DNA of 11,317 nucleotides from Campylobacterota bacterium (GTDB lineage: Bacteria > Campylobacterota > Campylobacteria > Campylobacterales > Sulfurimonadaceae), in NCBI GenBank assembly GCA_034717975.1, contig JAYEMF010000100.1, positions 1-11,317 of the forward strand. The letters are read 5' to 3'. Both the position numbers and the translations under genes were made by a program. A model generated the notes under the pieces. That model was not told the DNA's origin. It made no database searches and worked only from the letters and a program-made list of their open reading frames with translations. Below are positions 7,877 to 11,317 of the stretch, piece after piece; position 1 is the first letter of the stretch; each line of letters opens with the position of its first letter.

Positions 7877-8366
7877 CTTCCCCTCCCTCGACAAATACTT
7901 CACCCTCGTCACTCATGAGCCACATGGGATTGACGTTCAATACGCTCACCATCTTCAAGAGAAAATCAGAATCAATATTTTCTCGCTTTCCTTGTTCATA
8001 TCGGCTTATGGTCCCTTGTTCGGCCTCAAGCTTGAGCGCAAACTCTTTCTGGTTCATACCAAGTGCCTCGCGCACATAACGCACCTTTTGTCCGAGCGGC
8101 AAAGGGAGAATTGTTTTGATCAGTGCGGATTGAAGTTTTTGTCGCTGCGCCTTGTTCCTTGCATACAATAGTGCATCGATTGATATAGTATCGGCCCCTT
8201 CAATTAATAAGATCTTCTCTATCAGAGTGCCGATTGAATCTCGGCTTTGAAGCATACTGAGTGCATTATTGCTCATGCCTAACATGCCCGCAAGTTCCTT
8301 TTTGCTTTTGGTTTTAAAGTGTTCCGTTAGCCCATCAATCATTTTTTCCATGATTACTTTTTTCAT
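7866..8366 (-). CDS. XRE/Cro-CI-family transcriptional regulator with two HTH domains
   Basis: C-terminal XRE HTH LGQKVRYVREALGMNQKEFALKLEAEQGTISRYEQGKR...LNVNPMWLM; N-terminal CI-like HTH KSKKELAGMLGMSNNALSMLQSRDSI; AGGAG RBS. Confidence 0.88.
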   Translation of the reverse strand: MKKVIMEKMIDGLTEHFKTKSKKELAGMLGMSNNALSMLQSRDSIGTLIEKILLIEGADTISIDALLYARNKAQRQKLQSALIKTILPLPLGQKVRYVREALGMNQKEFALKLEAEQGTISRYEQGKRENIDSDFLLKMVSVLNVNPMWLMSDEGEVFVEGGEDES

Positions 8367-8431
8367 AGCTTCGCCTCTCCTAAAATGCTGTTAATATTGG
8401 ATAAAATAACAAAACTTCTCAGATCTTTCAT

Positions 8432-8734
8432 TTACTGCTCAAGAGGGCGTTCTTGAAGTTGTCTCGCCCGCTTCCATTCAAGAAATTCAGAGAAAAGACG
8501 AAGTGTTTCGCCGCTGACGTGCGCTTCGTTTAAAGTCAGCTTTTCCCTCAGCTCTTCCGTCCTAAACTTTTTAATAATCTCCAGTTTTTCAATTTTACCT
8601 GTCTGAAAATATTCCTCAAGATCCCCTTTTGTGAAATACTCTTCAAGAAGTACTATAATAGGGCGCTTCTGCCTCTTCCAATTATAGTAGGTCTTTTCAG
8701 CGATATCCAAAACTTTCATTATCTGTTTTCTCAT
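8432..8734 (-). CDS. Hypothetical HTH-like DNA-binding protein (100 aa)
   Basis: The ATG at 8734 overlaps the upstream TGA (ATGA), so it is preferred over 8758. MRKQIMKVLDIAEKTYYNWKRQKRPIIVLLEEYFTKGDLEEYFQTGKI has an HTH-like x(L/F)xxxxxTYxxWK pattern. Confidence 0.8.
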   Translation of the reverse strand: MRKQIMKVLDIAEKTYYNWKRQKRPIIVLLEEYFTKGDLEEYFQTGKIEKLEIIKKFRTEELREKLTLNEAHVSGETLRLFSEFLEWKRARQLQERPLEQ

Positions 8735-8979
8735 TGCTCTGCCTTCCATTTTTTCCACTCGACAAATTCCCTAAAGAGTTTAAATTCTTCACTCTCTGCT
8801 GCCCTTGTTTCCATTCTGGGGATCACACCCGTAGCTAAAAAACAGTCAAGCTCTTCGTCGGTAAAATATTTTAAAAGAAGCTGCATGGCAGGTACGCCCT
8901 CTCTTTTCCACTTAAAATAGGTGGGCCTGGAGAAGTTAAATAACCTAGCGTATATCTCCTCTTTTTTATGCTTACTCAC
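8731..8979 (-). CDS. Hypothetical HTH-like DNA-binding protein (82 aa), paralogue of 8432-8734
   Basis: GTG start after AGGGGG. YARLFNFSRPTYFKWKREGVPAMQLLLKYFTDEELDCFLATGVI aligns with the downstream gene, and both carry LFxEFxEWK near the C-terminus. Confidence 0.8.
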   Translation of the reverse strand: MSKHKKEEIYARLFNFSRPTYFKWKREGVPAMQLLLKYFTDEELDCFLATGVIPRMETRAAESEEFKLFREFVEWKKWKAEQ

Positions 8980-9049
8980 ATTGTCCCCCTCTTGCTTCGT
9001 ATCACCTTCATCTCGCTATCAATATGATGGTGGTCTACACTAATTACAT

Positions 9050-9070
9050 ACTTATAGCTACATTATAAGT
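9050..9070. promoter_or_regulatory. Perfect 7-7-7 palindrome (candidate operator) overlapping a leftward TATAAT
   Basis: ACTTATA-gctacat-TATAAGT; minus-strand TATAAT at 9067-9062. Confidence 0.5.
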
Positions 9071-9113
9071 GGTTTATAAAATCATTTTTCCCGGAATATT
9101 TAAATGGAATAAA

Positions 9114-9122
9114 ATTATAGCA
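9114..9122 (-). promoter_or_regulatory. Extended -10 promoter (TGcTATAAT) for the leftward HTH cassette
   Basis: Plus-strand attatagca is the reverse complement of TGCTATAAT, in an AT-rich context upstream of 8979. Confidence 0.6.
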
Positions 9123-9126
9123 TATA

Positions 9127-9408
9127 TATAACATAAGTAATCTAAACGCCCCGATTTTCCTATCCAGCCTTCCACCTCATCGACAAAACATACAATTTCG
9201 CCTCCCCACCGCGCCCATTTCTCTCCTCTTCCCCCACTCCCTCCAATCCTCCCTCTTTTCCCTTTTGCGAATAAGAAAATAAGGGGTCAGAGGGGCGAAA
9301 GGGGAAGGAAATGGAAGGCTGCTCAAAATGGCTGTTTTCGGGCTTGTTTTTGTGGCTTCCGTGAAGGTCTTGGAAGGATATATTACTTTTGTTAGGAAGT
9401 ATGTTATA
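9127..9408. repeat. Long imperfect nested inverted repeat with a pyrimidine-rich left arm and purine-rich right arm
   Basis: Nested pairs: TATAACATA 9127-9135/TATGTTATA 9400-9408; AAGTAAT 9135-9141/ATTACTT 9382-9388; AAACGCCCCGA 9144-9154/TCGGGCTTGTTT 9338-9349 (imperfect); CAGCCTTCCA 9165-9174/TGGAAGGCTG 9312-9321; TTTCGCC 9196-9202/GGCGAAA 9294-9300. Confidence 0.6.
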
Positions 9409-9427
9409 ATGACTCAAAAGAAGGAGG
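9402..9427 (+). promoter_or_regulatory. Extended -10 promoter (TGtTATAAT) and strong RBS for the rightward operon
   Basis: TGTTATAAT at 9402-9410; AAGGAGG at 9421-9427, 6 nt before the ATG at 9434. Confidence 0.75.
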
Positions 9428-9433
9428 ATTTGC

Positions 9434-10207
9434 ATGGAAGAACTAATGAAGCAGTTTGCAGGGACGCGCACCAAAGTGCTTGAGCTGTTAGCGCCTCTTA
9501 AGCCGGTTGACTTTCGCGGCACTAAAGCCGAAGGCATCGAGGGCAAACTCTACCTGGTCGATACGTCGATTGACAAAGAGCTGATCTATCTGCGAAGTGT
9601 ACTGGAATCGCATTACGCTTCCGAGAAGGATTCCAAGCAGTTTGCCTTCTCTAAAATCGTCAAGCACTACAATCCGGCAAAACCCGTCTCGCGCTTCGGT
9701 CTGTATCGACAGCATAAGTGGCGGCAGATCAGCGATCCGGAAAAAGTCAGGCCTAAGCTCAAGAGCGAGCTCTCTATTTTCAAAAATATCCAGCGCAATA
9801 ACCTAGAGGAGCACATTAAACTGTTCAACTATTCCGAAGATGAGGTCAGGGAGCTTCGGAGTAGTCTTGAAAAAAGTTTTTTGGAGAAGGAGGAGGCGCT
9901 GGAGTACATCGAGGAGCATTTTGATACGCTTGACGTGCGGATCAGCGCCCATGCCAATGATAAACTCATCTACGGCACGATCTCATTCCGCACTCATGAC
10001 CAGAAGCAGTATAGCCGCCATATCTCCAAAGAGCTCCCCAATGTTCTCTACTACATAGCACAGGAGGAACGTCCGGATAATGAGCTGAGCGAGTACCTCA
10101 AAGAGGCCACTCACGCTTACGGCGAAGTCTACTATGCTCCGTTGACCGAAAAGCGGATCGAACGCCGCAGGATCGCAGAGAAAAAAGCAAAAAAGAAAGG
10201 AAAATAA
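9434..10207 (+). CDS. Hypothetical protein (257 aa) with a very basic C-terminal tail
   Basis: Long ORF with consensus promoter and RBS, soluble and charged, ending KRIERRRIAEKKAKKKGK. No family recognised. Confidence 0.85.
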   Translation: MEELMKQFAGTRTKVLELLAPLKPVDFRGTKAEGIEGKLYLVDTSIDKELIYLRSVLESHYASEKDSKQFAFSKIVKHYNPAKPVSRFGLYRQHKWRQISDPEKVRPKLKSELSIFKNIQRNNLEEHIKLFNYSEDEVRELRSSLEKSFLEKEEALEYIEEHFDTLDVRISAHANDKLIYGTISFRTHDQKQYSRHISKELPNVLYYIAQEERPDNELSEYLKEATHAYGEVYYAPLTEKRIERRRIAEKKAKKKGK

Positions 10208-10208
10208 C

Positions 10209-10649
10209 ATGAGCAAAGAGACCTTCCGTGTAGCCAAGCGCTCTTTCAACTCTAAAAACGTTCTCAATATAGGAGCAGTTATTGAAAAAGATGAGCACTC
10301 TATCAATGAGGTGATTTTTGTTGAGGTTGCAGAGTATGGGGGAAGGGGGATCGTGATGAAATTTACGGCCATTGACCTTAGAGCCCTCACCTACGCCATG
10401 CGGACCGTTTTGAAAACCGGAGCGAGCAGCTACCTAAAACACAACAGGTCGGGTGACACAAAAAGCGAATTATGGGTTCACAAGGGCGAGAAAAGCGGCT
10501 ATTTCATTAATGCTAAAAAAACCGGTAAAGGGGCGCTGGGCGTCCAATTCGATCAATACAGATGGGTGGCTCTTATAGATTCCCTGTCGCTTTTGGCTGA
10601 TGAGACAGAAAAGGCACTCTACTTCTATCAAAACAAACTGTCACGGTAG
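10209..10649 (+). CDS. Hypothetical protein (146 aa), possible Whirly/PC4/Pur-like ssDNA-binding fold
   Basis: Starts 1 nt after the previous stop, AAGGA RBS. Two apparent beta-strands-then-helix repeats: VIFVEVAE..GRGIVMKFTAIDLRALTYAM and YFINAKK..GALGVQFDQYRWVALIDSL. The fold call is inference; confidence refers to it being a gene. Confidence 0.8.
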   Translation: MSKETFRVAKRSFNSKNVLNIGAVIEKDEHSINEVIFVEVAEYGGRGIVMKFTAIDLRALTYAMRTVLKTGASSYLKHNRSGDTKSELWVHKGEKSGYFINAKKTGKGALGVQFDQYRWVALIDSLSLLADETEKALYFYQNKLSR

Positions 10650-10684
10650 CTCCCCCTCGCCAGCTCCTACAAACACCCGCCACG

Positions 10685-11317
10685 CCATTTAAAAATATCC
10701 ACAACGAACTCAAAGATAAAAAGAAAGGGATGACCAGACAGCTGCTGTGGGAGGAGTATAAGAAGGAGCATCCCAATGGATACGGTATCAGTCAGTTCAA
10801 AGAGTATTACAGCCGTTTCTAAAAGAGACTCAACCCTTCCATGCGTCAGATCCACTACGCAGGCGATAAGCTTTTCATCGATTTCAGCGGCCTCACCATG
10901 CCGATCCATAACGCCAAAACCGGAGAGATCCATAAAGCACAGATCTTCGTCAGTGTCCTTGGAGCATCCGGCTACACTTTTGTACACGCAGTGATGAGCC
11001 AGAACACCGAGGACTTTATCGAATGCCATAATGAAGCATTCTCTTTTTACGGCGGCGTTCCAAATCAGGTTATTCCGGATAATCTCAAAGCGGCCGTCAT
11101 CTCCAACAAACGCGACAATGTAAAACTCAATGAGAGTTACGCCGACATGGGAAGGCACTACGGCGTTGCTATCATTCCTGCCAGACCTTGTAAACCTCAA
11201 GACAAGAGTAAAGTCGAATTGGGTGTCAAAGGTATCCAGCGCTGGATTCTGATGCGGCTGCGTAATCATACCTTTTTCGATATCAATGAACTCAATGACG
11301 CTATCAGCAAATTTATC
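10685..11317 (+). pseudogene. istA: IS21-family transposase IstA remnant (5'-truncated, internal nonsense codon, runs off the right edge)
   Basis: Frame reads PFKNIHNELKDKKKGMTRQLLWEEYKKEHPNGYGISQFKEYYSRF*KRLNPSMRQIHYAGDKLFIDFSG...YGGVPNQVIPDNLKAAV...ARPCKPQDKSKVELGV. DDE residues lie in FIDFSG, PDNLK and KSKVE. In-frame TAA at 10820-10822; N-terminal HTH and left IR absent. Confidence 0.93.

Noticed and set aside
7240..7918. Plus-strand ORFs 7240-7464, 7519-7869 and 7724-7918
   Set aside because: Antisense to the minus-strand cassette, whose reconstructed product has recognisable paralogy.
9160..9546. 128-aa minus-strand ORF
   Set aside because: Overlaps the 9434 gene antisense and crosses its promoter; low-complexity G/E-rich translation reflects the purine/pyrimidine tract.
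10667..11269. 200-aa minus-strand ORF
   Set aside because: Antisense shadow of the IS21 istA frame, which carries clear DDE motifs on the plus strand.

Overview
Probably Campylobacterota DNA (Sulfurovum/Sulfurimonas-like gene style, inferred from the proteins), made of three joined blocks. (1) 1-~6800, minus strand: a tightly coupled operon of TetR, a TolC/MFP/RND tripartite efflux pump of the CmeDEF/HefABC type, a patatin-like phospholipase and a Crp/Fnr-family regulator that runs off the left edge. (2) 6953-7068, absent from the ORF track: the last ~27 codons of a Tn3-family (Tn21/Tn501-clade) transposase ending in an intact 38-bp terminal inverted repeat. The repeat faces left, so the efflux operon lies on the inside of a transposase-deleted Tn3-family end. 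That end interrupts a small, possibly CoiA-like gene after codon 27. (3) 7069-10690, probably a plasmid/ICE/prophage-like backbone: a leftward cassette of four coupled HTH-type genes (three paralogues of one small family, one of them frameshifted, plus a double-HTH XRE protein), a ~290-nt nested inverted-repeat spacer between two divergent extended -10 promoters, and two rightward orphan genes, one possibly a Whirly/PC4-like ssDNA-binding protein. The window ends in a 5'-truncated IS21 istA with a nonsense codon. All family assignments come from motif recognition by eye; no searches were run.
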